This document shows positions 1-10,212 of a stretch of 64,000 bases of DNA, piece by piece (within the stretch, counting starts at the first letter, position 1; every line of letters starts with the position of its first letter). The position numbers and the translations under genes are program-made. This stretch comes from Nitrospirota bacterium (GTDB lineage Bacteria; Nitrospirota; Thermodesulfovibrionia; Thermodesulfovibrionales; UBA9159), in assembly GCA_963699545.1 (NCBI GenBank), contig CAVOUE010000004.1, positions 96,001-160,000 on the forward strand, written 5' to 3'. The notes below the pieces were generated by a model. The model worked only from the letters and a program-made list of their open reading frames with translations, was not told where the DNA came from and did no database searches.

Positions 1-2418
1 ACAAGCCTAGTTAACGAACTCGAAAACAGGGGGGGATGGGATGGCCTATGCGAATACGGTGAAATGCTGTTTGACCGAACGCACTCTTTGCACGATGCTG
101 AGCGTCTGGCTAGAGCGTTTGCCAACGCACAGAAGAATGAAGAACTCGTAGCATTTCTAAGAAATAACGAAACTTTCTTACTGCAGTCTATGAAGCTGCA
201 AATGCTTTATTGCTGGTCTTTGTACCATGAGGGCGCGTTTCTGGAGGCTCGCGCAGAATTGGTAAAGCTAAGTGAGGATAGAGATGATCCTAACTATCGA
301 GCACTACAAGTAAATCTAGGAATCGCCTTGGGCGATTGGAATTCTATTTTAGCCATTATAGCTAATGAGTGTCGGGAAAAAGATAAGAGGGGAGCTGAGG
401 AGCTGATACGTACAGCTCACTTGGCATTTCATTTGGGTTCGACAAACGCCAAAGAGTTGGTTTTTGCAGCGGCATCTAAAGGCAGTGAGGACGCTGGCAT
501 ATTGACTGCTGCCTATTTCTTGGCTTCAAACGCTGGGTGGGAAGACGATCCAACGGTTTTTCAGTGGCTTCAAAAGGCCGCAGCGCTTTCTGGCGACGAA
601 GGTCCAATCCGAAAGATGACTTTGAAAGATATTATAGACCGGAAACCAGAGTGGGAGCGTCGAGAGTCTGTTGCATGGCAACAGTTGAGCCGTGGCGACG
701 TGCCTATGTTCGTTGCGGCTCAAGCGCTAAATAGATCTCTTGTTGGTTTTATGCTTTTCCCCGCTCTGGCAAATTTGTCGGAGAAGGATCCAAGGCGGAG
801 AGCGAATATTGCTGCTTTTAGCGGCAGACGACATGAAAGACCTTTTAATATTGGAGGATTAATTGGAATAGATGCCACAGCCTTGCTCACCCTGAGTTTC
901 CTTGACTTGCTTGATGAGGCATTAGACGCTTTCGACAAAGTCCATGTGCCTCATTCGACCCTTACATGGCTTTTTGAGGAGAAACAAAAAGCTGCATTTC
1001 ATCAGCCAAGCAGAATAAAGGAGGCACACCTATTGCGTAATTTGCTCGCTACAGATGCACTAGAAAAGCTCTTGCCTAATACTGTGCCGGATAGTGATTT
1101 GTCTGCTCAGATTGGCGAGGAACTATCACTGCTAATAGCAGAGGCCGAGAAGGCTAGAAACCAGGACGATCCGCAGCGCATCGTTGTTCGGCCATCTCCC
1201 GTTCATCGGGTCGGATCTCTGATGGAGGAGGAGGCTGATTTGACAGCACACGCTGCTGTGTTGAGCAGTTGTCAAGCCATCGTAGACAAATTGAGGGGCC
1301 AGATTACAGCCGAAGACGAAAAGAAGGCGCGCCTTTATTTGCAAATTCACGAGAAGCCGTGGCCGCATCAGCCGGAGATAATGGATGGGGCAATACTATA
1401 TCTGGGTGATTTGTCTGTAACTTATTTTCTTCATCTTGGAATTCTGCAAAAACTACGAGCCGCGGGTTACAGGCCAGTTGTTTCACCGAGAACGGTGTCC
1501 GAAGCAAACGAACTGATTTCTTATGAGAGCATTTCTTCCAAGGTAAATGACGCAATAGAACGCATAAGGGCTGCCGTAAACTCACGAATAGAATCAGGGA
1601 AAATAATAGTAGGAAAACGAATCAATACCGATGAGCCAATAGAACGCTCAATATCAGAACATCCAACCGTTGCTGTCATAGGCCTGGCAAAACAGTGTGA
1701 TGCGATCATTGCCGACGATAGATTCCTCAATCAGCATGCCAATATCGCTGATCCTAGCGGTCTGAAGCCCGTATTTTGCACGTTAGACCTTCTGCACGCA
1801 CTTGCCGCCGCTAGGTCTGTAAGTCCTGAAGAGCTATTGGAACATAGAACACTCCTTCGACGGGCTGGGTACTTCTTTATGCCCGTAATCGAGGAGGAAC
1901 TGCGACATCACATAGAAGCTTCTACAGTCAAAGATGGCAAGGTCATTGAAACAGCTGAACTGAAAGCGATTCGCGAAAACATCCTTTGCGTCCGAATGAG
2001 GACTTGGCTTCAGCTTCCAAAAGAGGCACTCTGGTTGCAAATGTTGCTAACGACGTTCCTCCGAGTTCTGAAGGGCCTATGGAGAACCGGCGCTGAGTTT
2101 ACCAAGACTCGAACACGGGCAGACTGGATCATCGAGCAGATTGACATGCTTGGCTGGGCTCACAGCCTCGCTGGCGAAAGCAGAGATAACATGGTCAAAA
2201 CTGGGCGAGGTGCCCACATTCTGTTGCTTCTGGCACCCCCTGCAGAAACAGTGCCAGAGGTCGTGAAGGAGTACTGGCTTTGGCTGGAAGACAGGGTCTT
2301 AACTCCAATCAAAGAACAAGATCCTGATCTGTATTCCTGGATCATTGAATGGGAGCTGCAGCATATCGCCGATATAGCAGGGACGGAGTTGCCCTTGGGG
2401 GGGCAAAATGGCCAATAA
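1..2418 (+). CDS. Large helical-repeat (TPR-like) protein with C-terminal PIN-like domains, 5'-truncated by window; putative conflict/defence effector
   Basis: Frame open from base 1; amphipathic helical repeats, then PIN-like motifs GIDATALLTL...VPHSTL, LYLGDLSV and IIADDRFLN. Confidence 0.65.
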   Translation, partial: TSLVNELENRGGWDGLCEYGEMLFDRTHSLHDAERLARAFANAQKNEELVAFLRNNETFLLQSMKLQMLYCWSLYHEGAFLEARAELVKLSEDRDDPNYRALQVNLGIALGDWNSILAIIANECREKDKRGAEELIRTAHLAFHLGSTNAKELVFAAASKGSEDAGILTAAYFLASNAGWEDDPTVFQWLQKAAALSGDEGPIRKMTLKDIIDRKPEWERRESVAWQQLSRGDVPMFVAAQALNRSLVGFMLFPALANLSEKDPRRRANIAAFSGRRHERPFNIGGLIGIDATALLTLSFLDLLDEALDAFDKVHVPHSTLTWLFEEKQKAAFHQPSRIKEAHLLRNLLATDALEKLLPNTVPDSDLSAQIGEELSLLIAEAEKARNQDDPQRIVVRPSPVHRVGSLMEEEADLTAHAAVLSSCQAIVDKLRGQITAEDEKKARLYLQIHEKPWPHQPEIMDGAILYLGDLSVTYFLHLGILQKLRAAGYRPVVSPRTVSEANELISYESISSKVNDAIERIRAAVNSRIESGKIIVGKRINTDEPIERSISEHPTVAVIGLAKQCDAIIADDRFLNQHANIADPSGLKPVFCTLDLLHALAAARSVSPEELLEHRTLLRRAGYFFMPVIEEELRHHIEASTVKDGKVIETAELKAIRENILCVRMRTWLQLPKEALWLQMLLTTFLRVLKGLWRTGAEFTKTRTRADWIIEQIDMLGWAHSLAGESRDNMVKTGRGAHILLLLAPPAETVPEVVKEYWLWLEDRVLTPIKEQDPDLYSWIIEWELQHIADIAGTELPLGGQNGQ

Positions 2419-4345
2419 TTCATACATCAGGGCAGTTTTGGTTCAAGCAGCTTTGGAGTTGGCTCCCCCGCTAATACGTGAGACACTGTTGGATGATGCG
2501 ACCTTTCGGAAAACGTATGGTATTAAAGCGGACGGTCTGCTTTCCTTCGCTGAATTTGGCGTATTTGTCCGGAGGTCGGTTTTATTTTCTGCTGTTCGGT
2601 CTGTTTTTATTGGCAAGCCGGAAGTGAAAGTACGGGACACCCAAGGTCGAAAATGGAAAGTGAAAAGAATCAACGGCGAAAGCAGCCTCCCAAAGCTTTC
2701 CCTTACACGCGGTCAGCAACAGCTCATTCTGCCTGACTTGTGTGCCCTATCTCCCGATCAGGCGACACGCCTCCGCTCCCTTGATAAGGCCGCTTCTGAC
2801 GTCAATCTGCCCAACAGTTCACAAGAGCAGTGGCGCAAGATTCTTGCAGAAAGCCCTCTCGTAGATGATGAGATTGCCTCGTATCACGGTGAGTTTCGAG
2901 AGACGCCAGTAGATAAGGCTCGCTCAATACACAGAGAGATTCTTAAAGGGCAGAGCAGCATAGCATCTCTGGTTCCCAAGTCATTGAGATACTTTGAAAG
3001 ACTCGTAGGCACATATGACGGCAGCGCCACTATTAGAGATTATGCAGGCGGTTGTTGCAAACGATTTTTTCATGAATTGTCTGCCTGGCAACCTTACAAA
3101 GGGTTCTTGTTTTCCCTTTTTCTGTCGTCTCATTCTTCCTTGCCGGCTGAAATCACTGTCGATCGGCTTGGCCCTGAAGAACTCGTGCGGGCTTTCGATC
3201 TTCTGGAGAAGCGGGGAGACAGAATCTCGCAATTGGGTGCGATTGAAATCGGCTTACGAGTCCTTTCGTCAAGACCAGAGATTGAGCCAAGTCTTATTCG
3301 TCTTATTGAGTTGGTTCGTGACGATGATGCTACTGGACTGACGAGCGGCTTCAAGCTCCTCTCAGCCTTGTTCATACTTGTGGATGGAGAGTTGTCAAGA
3401 AACCGACTATTGTCAGGCAGACCACCTTTCTACAGAAGATTGGCATCCTTGGCCCAAGCTGCGCTTATTCAGCGTCAGCTCATGAATTCGGACGCTAATA
3501 TCAATCTATTTTGTGAATGGGCGATGAGCCATCGTGTAGGGGAATTCTTTTTGCAGTCCCTCACGGATATGCGGACAGAGCCGCGCTGGAATCCCCATCT
3601 TTCGGCTGCTACACAAGTGAGGGAGGATTCTTTGGGCCGCATCATGATTGCGGCCAAGAACTACGAGCAGAATATAAAAGGGGGAAAGCTATTTGATCTT
3701 GTCCTCGGATCTGCGCCGGAAAGCGTCCGATCCCACACTGATTTCTTATGCCCTTACTTCCCCGGGCCGTTAGAGGGAGCCGAGGAAACGCTGAACATTT
3801 TACCCGCTGAAATGGTAGAGACGATAAAGAATCAGGTCAGGGCAAGCGAGGTAAGCCCATCCTCCTTCATAGCTCTCGTTAATTCCGCCTTAATCTTCAG
3901 CCTTGGAACAGACGAGGCCGCATTGGCGGCCGAGGCTCTGAGGCTTGGCAGTTATCGACTTGCAAACGTAGAAGACAAACAACAGCTTCTGTCTGTATTG
4001 AATGGATTGGCGACAGTTGCCGCTGTCACTAGGAGTACAGCACTCGCGGACGACTTGCGTATTCTTGGACGCAGATACAGACGCGATGCTCAGTATGTGC
4101 TGTCTATCCCAGAATCCGTAGGGATTTGTCTCGTTGCTGCTGCAAGCCGTGCCGGTCTGAATGATTGGAGAGAGTTTGTCGGTGATTGGCTGACCGAACT
4201 GGCGTTTGGCGACTTGGAGGGGGATGAGAGTGAAGTGCTCTATTGGCACCTGCAACACCTCTGTCATGCGGTGCCTGAATTATGGGTTTCTTGTGGAAGG
4301 GCGGATGCGGCCCTGATGGCGTATAATGCCACTCTTCATCTATGA
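2408..4345 (+). CDS. Hypothetical 645-aa protein, partner of the upstream PIN protein
   Basis: Long ORF overlapping upstream gene by 11 nt; same atypical codon style. Confidence 0.7.
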   Translation: MANNSYIRAVLVQAALELAPPLIRETLLDDATFRKTYGIKADGLLSFAEFGVFVRRSVLFSAVRSVFIGKPEVKVRDTQGRKWKVKRINGESSLPKLSLTRGQQQLILPDLCALSPDQATRLRSLDKAASDVNLPNSSQEQWRKILAESPLVDDEIASYHGEFRETPVDKARSIHREILKGQSSIASLVPKSLRYFERLVGTYDGSATIRDYAGGCCKRFFHELSAWQPYKGFLFSLFLSSHSSLPAEITVDRLGPEELVRAFDLLEKRGDRISQLGAIEIGLRVLSSRPEIEPSLIRLIELVRDDDATGLTSGFKLLSALFILVDGELSRNRLLSGRPPFYRRLASLAQAALIQRQLMNSDANINLFCEWAMSHRVGEFFLQSLTDMRTEPRWNPHLSAATQVREDSLGRIMIAAKNYEQNIKGGKLFDLVLGSAPESVRSHTDFLCPYFPGPLEGAEETLNILPAEMVETIKNQVRASEVSPSSFIALVNSALIFSLGTDEAALAAEALRLGSYRLANVEDKQQLLSVLNGLATVAAVTRSTALADDLRILGRRYRRDAQYVLSIPESVGICLVAAASRAGLNDWREFVGDWLTELAFGDLEGDESEVLYWHLQHLCHAVPELWVSCGRADAALMAYNATLHL

Positions 4346-4424
4346 TTGGCTTTTTATTTTCTGGCATCCATAGATTTCTGCTTATAACCTCCATTTAGTT
4401 TCGGCTTCTTGACCCTCTCGACTA

Positions 4425-4752
4425 CTGTGAGAAAGGTGCATTAGACTCTTGAGCGCGGTCTTTTTTGTGAAGCAGGAAGGGGAGGGCTACTTTATCCCGT
4501 ACTTCTGCAGCCTATGCCTGAAGGAACGGAAGGAAAGGTTCAGCAGTTTTGCGGCGTCGGTCTTCACCCCGTCGGTAAGGGTAAGGGCTTCGAGAAGGTA
4601 TCGCTTCTCGAGTTGAGTTATTAATGTTTCCAGGTCGATGCCCTCTTTTGTCAGATCGGGAACAGCCTTTGCTTCAGGCGAGGAACTTACTATCTCTGAT
4701 GGCAGGTCCTCGACCGATATCTCCTCGTGCTCTGTAGACATGAGAAGGATTC
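4425..4752 (-). repeat. Diverged direct-repeat copy of the pilR 3' end plus downstream flank (partner 5895..6220)
   Basis: Visible nucleotide alignment; encoded 84 aa differ from the PilR C-terminus at 8 positions. Confidence 0.95.
4487..4741 (-). pseudogene. pilR: Orphan PilR C-terminal Fis-type HTH fragment
   Basis: [18 protein letters not shown]...[25 protein letters not shown]; no receiver or AAA+ part. Confidence 0.85.
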
Positions 4753-4766
4753 CTCAATAGCACGTT

Positions 4767-5024
4767 TCATTTCCACATGGTTTCATCTATTGTTTCAAAA
4801 TCCTTTATCACCTTCTGGAACTCTTTATAATCCTTATCGCTCCAGGTTCCTGCGAGATGGTTTAAATCATTATACACAACCGTCCTTTTTTTCTTTTTTA
4901 GCCCCAGTTCTTCCTGAAGAAGTTTTACCAACGCTGCATTAACGCTTGTGCCTTCCTGTTTTGCTTTTTCTTTTAGAGCCGTTACCGTCAGCTCATCGAG
5001 TCCTCTAATTGTCATCGTTGACAT
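4767..5024 (-). CDS. vapB: Antitoxin, ribbon-helix-helix (VapB/FitA-like)
   Basis: MSTMTIRGLDE...LKEKAKQEGTSVN; RBS CAGGAGG; adjacent to PIN toxin. Confidence 0.75.
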   Translation of the reverse strand: MSTMTIRGLDELTVTALKEKAKQEGTSVNAALVKLLQEELGLKKKKRTVVYNDLNHLAGTWSDKDYKEFQKVIKDFETIDETMWK

Positions 5025-5037
5025 GCTTGCCTCCTGT

Positions 5038-5436
5038 TTACAAATTTCTCTTCTGTAAAATAAGACCATCGATGTTGTCAAAATGCTCATCATATGTGAA
5101 GAGCGCAAGCCCATGCCTCATAGCGGAAGCTGCCACCCATAAATCGTTAGTCGGGACGGGCTTGCCCTTTCTCTTCAGGTCCCAGTATACCCGTGCATAA
5201 AACTCTGCAGTTTCTTCATCCATTTGAATAAGATCGACACGCGGGGAATCAAGGAACTGCTCAAGCTCTTTCCTGTTGTTTGCTTCTTTGTTCCCGCCCC
5301 TAAAGCCACTCAATAATTCGCCCAAGACAACAATATTTATGCCTATATATTCTACTGTTCTAAAGGTGCTTACGGCAGCAGCTTCGTTTTTTTTGAAAGC
5401 AGCATATGCATTTGTATCAATCAGAATTCTTTTCAT
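5038..5436 (-). CDS. vapC: VapC PIN-domain toxin
   Basis: ILIDTN, GEL, PTNDLWVAA, TYDEHF motifs. Confidence 0.92.
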   Translation of the reverse strand: MKRILIDTNAYAAFKKNEAAAVSTFRTVEYIGINIVVLGELLSGFRGGNKEANNRKELEQFLDSPRVDLIQMDEETAEFYARVYWDLKRKGKPVPTNDLWVAASAMRHGLALFTYDEHFDNIDGLILQKRNL

Positions 5437-5471
5437 TTGTTTTTGTCCTTTTTAGTAAAATGCTTTCACAT

Positions 5472-5494
5472 AATGATAGCATATTGCTTTCATT
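5472..5494. promoter_or_regulatory. Palindromic operator upstream of the TA operon
   Basis: AATGATAGCA-TAT-TGCTTTCATT (one mismatch), extra TGCTTTCA half-site at 5461. Confidence 0.55.
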
Positions 5495-5524
5495 GTGTGC
5501 CATCACAAAAAGTATTTATAAACT

Positions 5525-5740
5525 TCAAACCTCCAGCACCACCCATGCAAAACGGGTATTAATCTGACCGATAACTTTTAAAACATCTGAAGTCGGATAA
5601 GTAAGGTTAAAAAATGCCTCCGGATTAGCTTCAATTCTTCTGGGAGATCCGGACGTCAGATTTGCAAGATCAATGATCCCCTCGATCCCATCCTCAGAAA
5701 TGGTCTCTGGTCTTGGCTTTAGGTATGCTGAGTAACCCAT
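5525..5740 (-). pseudogene. N-terminal stub resembling a DUF499 AAA+ ATPase
   Basis: LKPRPET...NPEAFFNLTYPTSD resembles DUF499 N-termini; ends after 71 aa with no P-loop. Confidence 0.5.
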
Positions 5741-5894
5741 TTATTTGTCTATCCATTCAAAATAATAAGAATTATACCCATAATAAGTATTAAAAGAATA
5801 GAGCGAGTTAATTTCCTGGGCTTGGCCGATGCTTGTTGCAAGGATTTCCACAAGTAACCCTCAGAATTCTGAAGACCATCTGAAGTGCTTGTTC

Positions 5895-6220
5895 CTGTGA
5901 GAAAGATGCATTAAACTCTTGAGTGCGGTTTTTTGTGAAGCAGGAAGGGGAGGGCTACTTGATCCCGTACTTCTGGAGCCTATGCCTGAAGGAACGGAAG
6001 GAAAGGTTCAGCAGTTTTGCGGCATCGGTCTTCACCCCGTCGGCGAGGGCAAGGGCCTCAAGGAGATATCGCTTCTCGAGTTGCGCTATCAATGTTTCCA
6101 GATCGATGCCCTCTTTTGTCAGATCGGGAACCGCCTTTGCTTCAGGCGAGGAACTTGCTATCTCTGACGGCAAGTCCTCGACGGATAGCTCTTCTTTATC
6201 TGCGGACATGAGAAGAATTC
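5895..6220 (-). repeat. Resident pilR 3' end (partner of 4425..4752)
   Basis: Visible alignment. Confidence 0.95.
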
Positions 6221-7323
6221 TCTCCAGAACATTCTCCAGTTCCCTCACGTTTCCCTTCCACGCGTAGTTGATGAGAAGGTTCATGGCGTTCTGTGATATC
6301 TTCTTCTCCGTCGACACGAATTTCTTGATGAAATGCTCAATGAGCAAAGGGATATCCTCTTTTCTCTCCCTGAGAGGAGGGATATGCAGATGGATAACAT
6401 TCAGGCGGTAGTAGAGGTCTTCACGAAAGCGGTGTGATGCGACCTCTTCCGTCAGGTTCTTGTTCGTTGCCGCGACGATCCTGACGTCGACCTTGATGTC
6501 ACTTGTGCCCCCAACCCGTCTGAAGATGCCGTTCTCGAGCACCCTGAGGAGTTTTGCCTGGAGGTTCACGGGCATCTCTCCTATCTCGTCCAGGAAAAGA
6601 GTGCCTTTATCAGCTATTTCAAAGAGTCCCTGTTTGTTTTCGACTGCGCCTGTGAACGCACCTTTCATATGTCCAAACAGCTCGCTTTCAAGGAGACCCT
6701 CCGGAAAAGCCGCACAGTTAGAGGAGAACAAAGTTGTTCTTCTGCCGACGGCTCAGATCGTGAAGTAATTTTGCAATGAAGTCTTTGCCTGTTCCGCTCT
6801 CCCCGGTGATAAGGGCACTGGCGTTGCTCTGCGCGACCTTATGCAGCACGTTGAGGAGTTCATGCATTTTCGCACTTCGGTAAACAAGATTTTCCAGTTT
6901 ATACTTTGTCTGCAGCTCTTCCCGCAGGATCGAGACTTCTCCCCTCAATTTCCGCTTTTCAAGGGCATTTCTCACCACCAGCCGTATCTCATCGATCTTG
7001 AAGGGCTTGTGAATGTAGTCATATGCGCCGATCTTCATAGCCTCGATCGCCGACTCTGTGGTGCCGAAGGCGGTCATCATGACCACCAGTGTTTCCGGCG
7101 AGATCTGCTGCGCCTTTTTCAGTATCTGGAAGCCACTGACCCCGGGCATCTTTATATCAGTGATGATGAGGTCAAAGATGTCACGGTTCAACCATCCCAG
7201 TCCCTCTGTCCCGTCCCTGGCTGTGGATACTTCGTATCCTTCCCCTTCGAGCAGGATCTTCAGGATCTCACGCATGTTCTTCTCATCTTCGATGACCAGT
7301 ATCTTGCTCTTCCGTTCTTCCAT
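5955..7323 (-). CDS. pilR: Sigma54-dependent response regulator PilR (frameshift near 6725)
   Basis: Receiver, GESGTGK, GAFTGA, HTH; downstream of pilS. Confidence 0.88.
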
Positions 7324-7348
7324 GGATATCTCTCCGTAGGTGGGCAGG

Positions 7349-8992
7349 TCAGGAAATGCCCGTCTTGATGAGACCCCCTTTCGCTGTCCGGTCCTGTGCA
7401 TGGGAATGTTCCGGGGAAAGAGGCAAGACCACCGAAAAGGTGGTTCCCTGTCCCGGGACGCTCTTCACCGTGATCTTCCCCTTGTGTTCTTCGACGATCC
7501 GGTACGCAATGGAAAGGCCGAGTCCGGTGCCCCTATCCTTGGTGGTGAAGAAGGGAAAGAATATGTCCTTCAGGTTCTCCTTCGGAATTCCCGTGCCGGA
7601 GTCCTTTACCGAGATAAGGACGGTGTCCTTGAGGTTCCTGGTGCTTATAGCCACCTCTCCCCCTGCGGTCATGGATTCAACGGCGTTCATGCCGAGATTC
7701 AGAAAGACCTGTCGAAGTTTTTGGGGATCTGCAACGATCACGTTCTCTCCCGAGAAATCCTTCTTTATCGTTATCGTGTCGGTATTCATGGTGGCGCTTT
7801 TTATAAGTTCAATGATCTCGTCAAGCATGGAGTGCAGGTCAAACCTGAAGAATTCGAGATCTTTCGGCCTTGAATAGGTGAGAAAATCGGTGATGATTGT
7901 GTTTAACCTGTCCATTTCACTCAGGGCGATATTCATGAGCTTCGCCCCGTGGTCTTTGGTGAGGGTCCCTTCCTTGAGCATTTCTATGGAGCCTTTCAGC
8001 GACGCAAGGGGGTTCCGTATCTCGTGGGCCATATTGGCGGAAATTTCACCGATAGCGGCAAGGGTCTCTTTATGCTTCAGTTCTGCCTCAAGTTTCTTTA
8101 GCTCCGTGATATCCTGAAAGATGCAGATGTACCCTGTTCTGTGCTCACTGCTGTCCGTGGATGCCGAAATACTAAGCCCCACGGTCCGAGAATCTCCGTC
8201 CAGCGCGATGAGCCCTTCGCTCCTCTGTGTCTCCAAGGGCGGCTTGATAAAGGGGAATATCTCCACGATATTCTTTCCTACCGCATATGAGCGCTGAACC
8301 CCCACGATGTTCTCCGCCGCCCGGTTAAAGATCAGGATCTTTCCCGAAAGGTCGGTGGTGAGGAGGCCGCTCGGGAGCCCCTCAATGAGCTCGCGGTTAA
8401 AATAGGTAAGGTCTCTCAGGTCGGAATCCGTCTCCGCGAGCGTCAGCGATGTCTTTTCCAGCCGTGACGACATGTACCCTGTGAGGTACGCGGTGAGGTA
8501 AAGCGAGGTGATGTGTGAGAAGATGTTATACAGGAAATCCTTCTCCCTCACCGAAAAATCGTAGGCGACCGGGATAACCCGGTAAAACTGAAGATCGATC
8601 ATCAGACCGTAAAGAATACTGCATATGGTGGCAGTGATGAATCCTGCCTTTTTGTTAACGGTTATCGCCGAGGCGATAACCGTTAACAACATGACAAAAG
8701 AGAACCAGCTCTCGATACCTCCTGTCACGAGGATAAGTGCAATGGCCGCAAGCGCATCCACCGACAGCTGGACGTATGCATAGGCGACGAGATTTTTTAC
8801 GCGGGAGAGGATAATGGCATAGAGAACGGACAGGAGGTACAGGGGTATGATGATATAGAGGATTGCGTGGGGGTAGGGGAAACGGTAAAAACCTATTTCG
8901 AATACGAGGAACGTTCCGAGGAGCAGGGTCACAAAAAAGGCCCTGAGTATGATCAGGGCCTTCAGGCGCTTGAAAAGGGTGGTATCCTCCAT
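7349..8992 (-). CDS. pilS: Sensor histidine kinase PilS
   Basis: Multi-TM N-terminus, PAS, AHEIRNPL H-box, GTGLGL. Confidence 0.9.
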   Translation of the reverse strand: MEDTTLFKRLKALIILRAFFVTLLLGTFLVFEIGFYRFPYPHAILYIIIPLYLLSVLYAIILSRVKNLVAYAYVQLSVDALAAIALILVTGGIESWFSFVMLLTVIASAITVNKKAGFITATICSILYGLMIDLQFYRVIPVAYDFSVREKDFLYNIFSHITSLYLTAYLTGYMSSRLEKTSLTLAETDSDLRDLTYFNRELIEGLPSGLLTTDLSGKILIFNRAAENIVGVQRSYAVGKNIVEIFPFIKPPLETQRSEGLIALDGDSRTVGLSISASTDSSEHRTGYICIFQDITELKKLEAELKHKETLAAIGEISANMAHEIRNPLASLKGSIEMLKEGTLTKDHGAKLMNIALSEMDRLNTIITDFLTYSRPKDLEFFRFDLHSMLDEIIELIKSATMNTDTITIKKDFSGENVIVADPQKLRQVFLNLGMNAVESMTAGGEVAISTRNLKDTVLISVKDSGTGIPKENLKDIFFPFFTTKDRGTGLGLSIAYRIVEEHKGKITVKSVPGQGTTFSVVLPLSPEHSHAQDRTAKGGLIKTGIS

Positions 8993-8995
8993 TGA

Positions 8996-10210
8996 CTACT
9001 TTATGAGAGTGATCAGTTTGAAGATGGGAAGATACATGGCGATAACGATGAAACCAACGGCTGTGCCGAGGAACACCATGAGCAGAGGTTCCATCATGGC
9101 GGTGAGGTTGGCGACTGCATTATCCACTTCATCGTCGTAAAAGTCCGCGATCTTGCTGAGCATGGCGTCCAGGGCGCCTGTGGATTCTCCCACTGCTATC
9201 ATGTGGGTAACCATGGGGGGGAAGACCTTTGCCTTGGTAAGGGGTTCCTCGAGAGTCTTTCCCTCCGCAACGGCCTTTCTGACGTCCATGACCGCATATT
9301 CGACCACCTTGTTGCCGGCGGTCTTAGCCGTGATCTCGAGGCCGTCGAGAATCGGCACACCGCTGCTCACCAGGGTGCCCAGCGTGCGGGTGAATTTTGC
9401 GACAGCGACCTTGGTGAGGATGGCGCCGAAGATGGGGAGTTTCAGCAGAAGGGTGTCAATGATCTTCTTCCCCTTTTCGGTCTTTCTTACCTGCACGATA
9501 AAAACGATAACTCCGACTATCACTGCCGCGACGAGGACACCGCCGATGCCGGCGAGAAAGTTGCTCATAGTAATGACCAGACGTGTCGGGCCGGGAAGGG
9601 TACCACCCATGGTGGCGAACATCTTCGAAAAAGTGGGGACCACAAAGATCATGATGACAGTGATAACCCCGACAGCAATGGAACTGACGACGGCGGGATA
9701 GATCATGGCGCCCTTGACCTTTTTCTTGAGCTTCATCGCCTTTTCGATATATGCGGCGAGTCTGTTCAGAATGGTGTCGAGAATACCACCTGCTTCACCG
9801 GCGGCCACCATGTTGACATAGAGCTCCGAGAATATCTTAGGGTGTTTCTTGAGGGCATCAGCATAGGTGGAACCGGACTCCACATCTGCCTTTATTACAA
9901 TGAGGGCTTTGGCCAGTGCCTTGCTTTCGACCTGTTCCGAGAGGATCTCAAGCCCCTGCACAAGGGGTAAGCCTGCGTCTATCATGGTGGAGAACTGCCG
10001 TGTAAAAACCACGATATCCTTGTCCTTGACGCCCGAACCAAGAAAGCCCAGGAGTGGGGTCTTCCCGGCCGCCTTTTCAGTAACGATCGTGGCGGTAATA
10101 TTCTTTCGTCTGAGCTGTGTTATAACATCTTCCCGTGACGCCGCAACCATCTCTCCTGACTCGACGTTGCCTCTCATCGTTTTCCCCGACCACTGGAATG
10201 TTGTGGGCAT
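8996..10210 (-). CDS. pilC: Type IV pilus platform protein PilC
   Basis: FTRQFSTMIDAGLPL, AGEAGG, MMEP; two T2SSF domains. Confidence 0.95.
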   Translation of the reverse strand: MPTTFQWSGKTMRGNVESGEMVAASREDVITQLRRKNITATIVTEKAAGKTPLLGFLGSGVKDKDIVVFTRQFSTMIDAGLPLVQGLEILSEQVESKALAKALIVIKADVESGSTYADALKKHPKIFSELYVNMVAAGEAGGILDTILNRLAAYIEKAMKLKKKVKGAMIYPAVVSSIAVGVITVIMIFVVPTFSKMFATMGGTLPGPTRLVITMSNFLAGIGGVLVAAVIVGVIVFIVQVRKTEKGKKIIDTLLLKLPIFGAILTKVAVAKFTRTLGTLVSSGVPILDGLEITAKTAGNKVVEYAVMDVRKAVAEGKTLEEPLTKAKVFPPMVTHMIAVGESTGALDAMLSKIADFYDDEVDNAVANLTAMMEPLLMVFLGTAVGFIVIAMYLPIFKLITLIK

Positions 10211-10212
10211 TT

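Noticed and set aside
4104-4394. 96-aa minus-strand ORF
   Set aside because: Mostly antisense to the 645-aa gene, with no recognisable features
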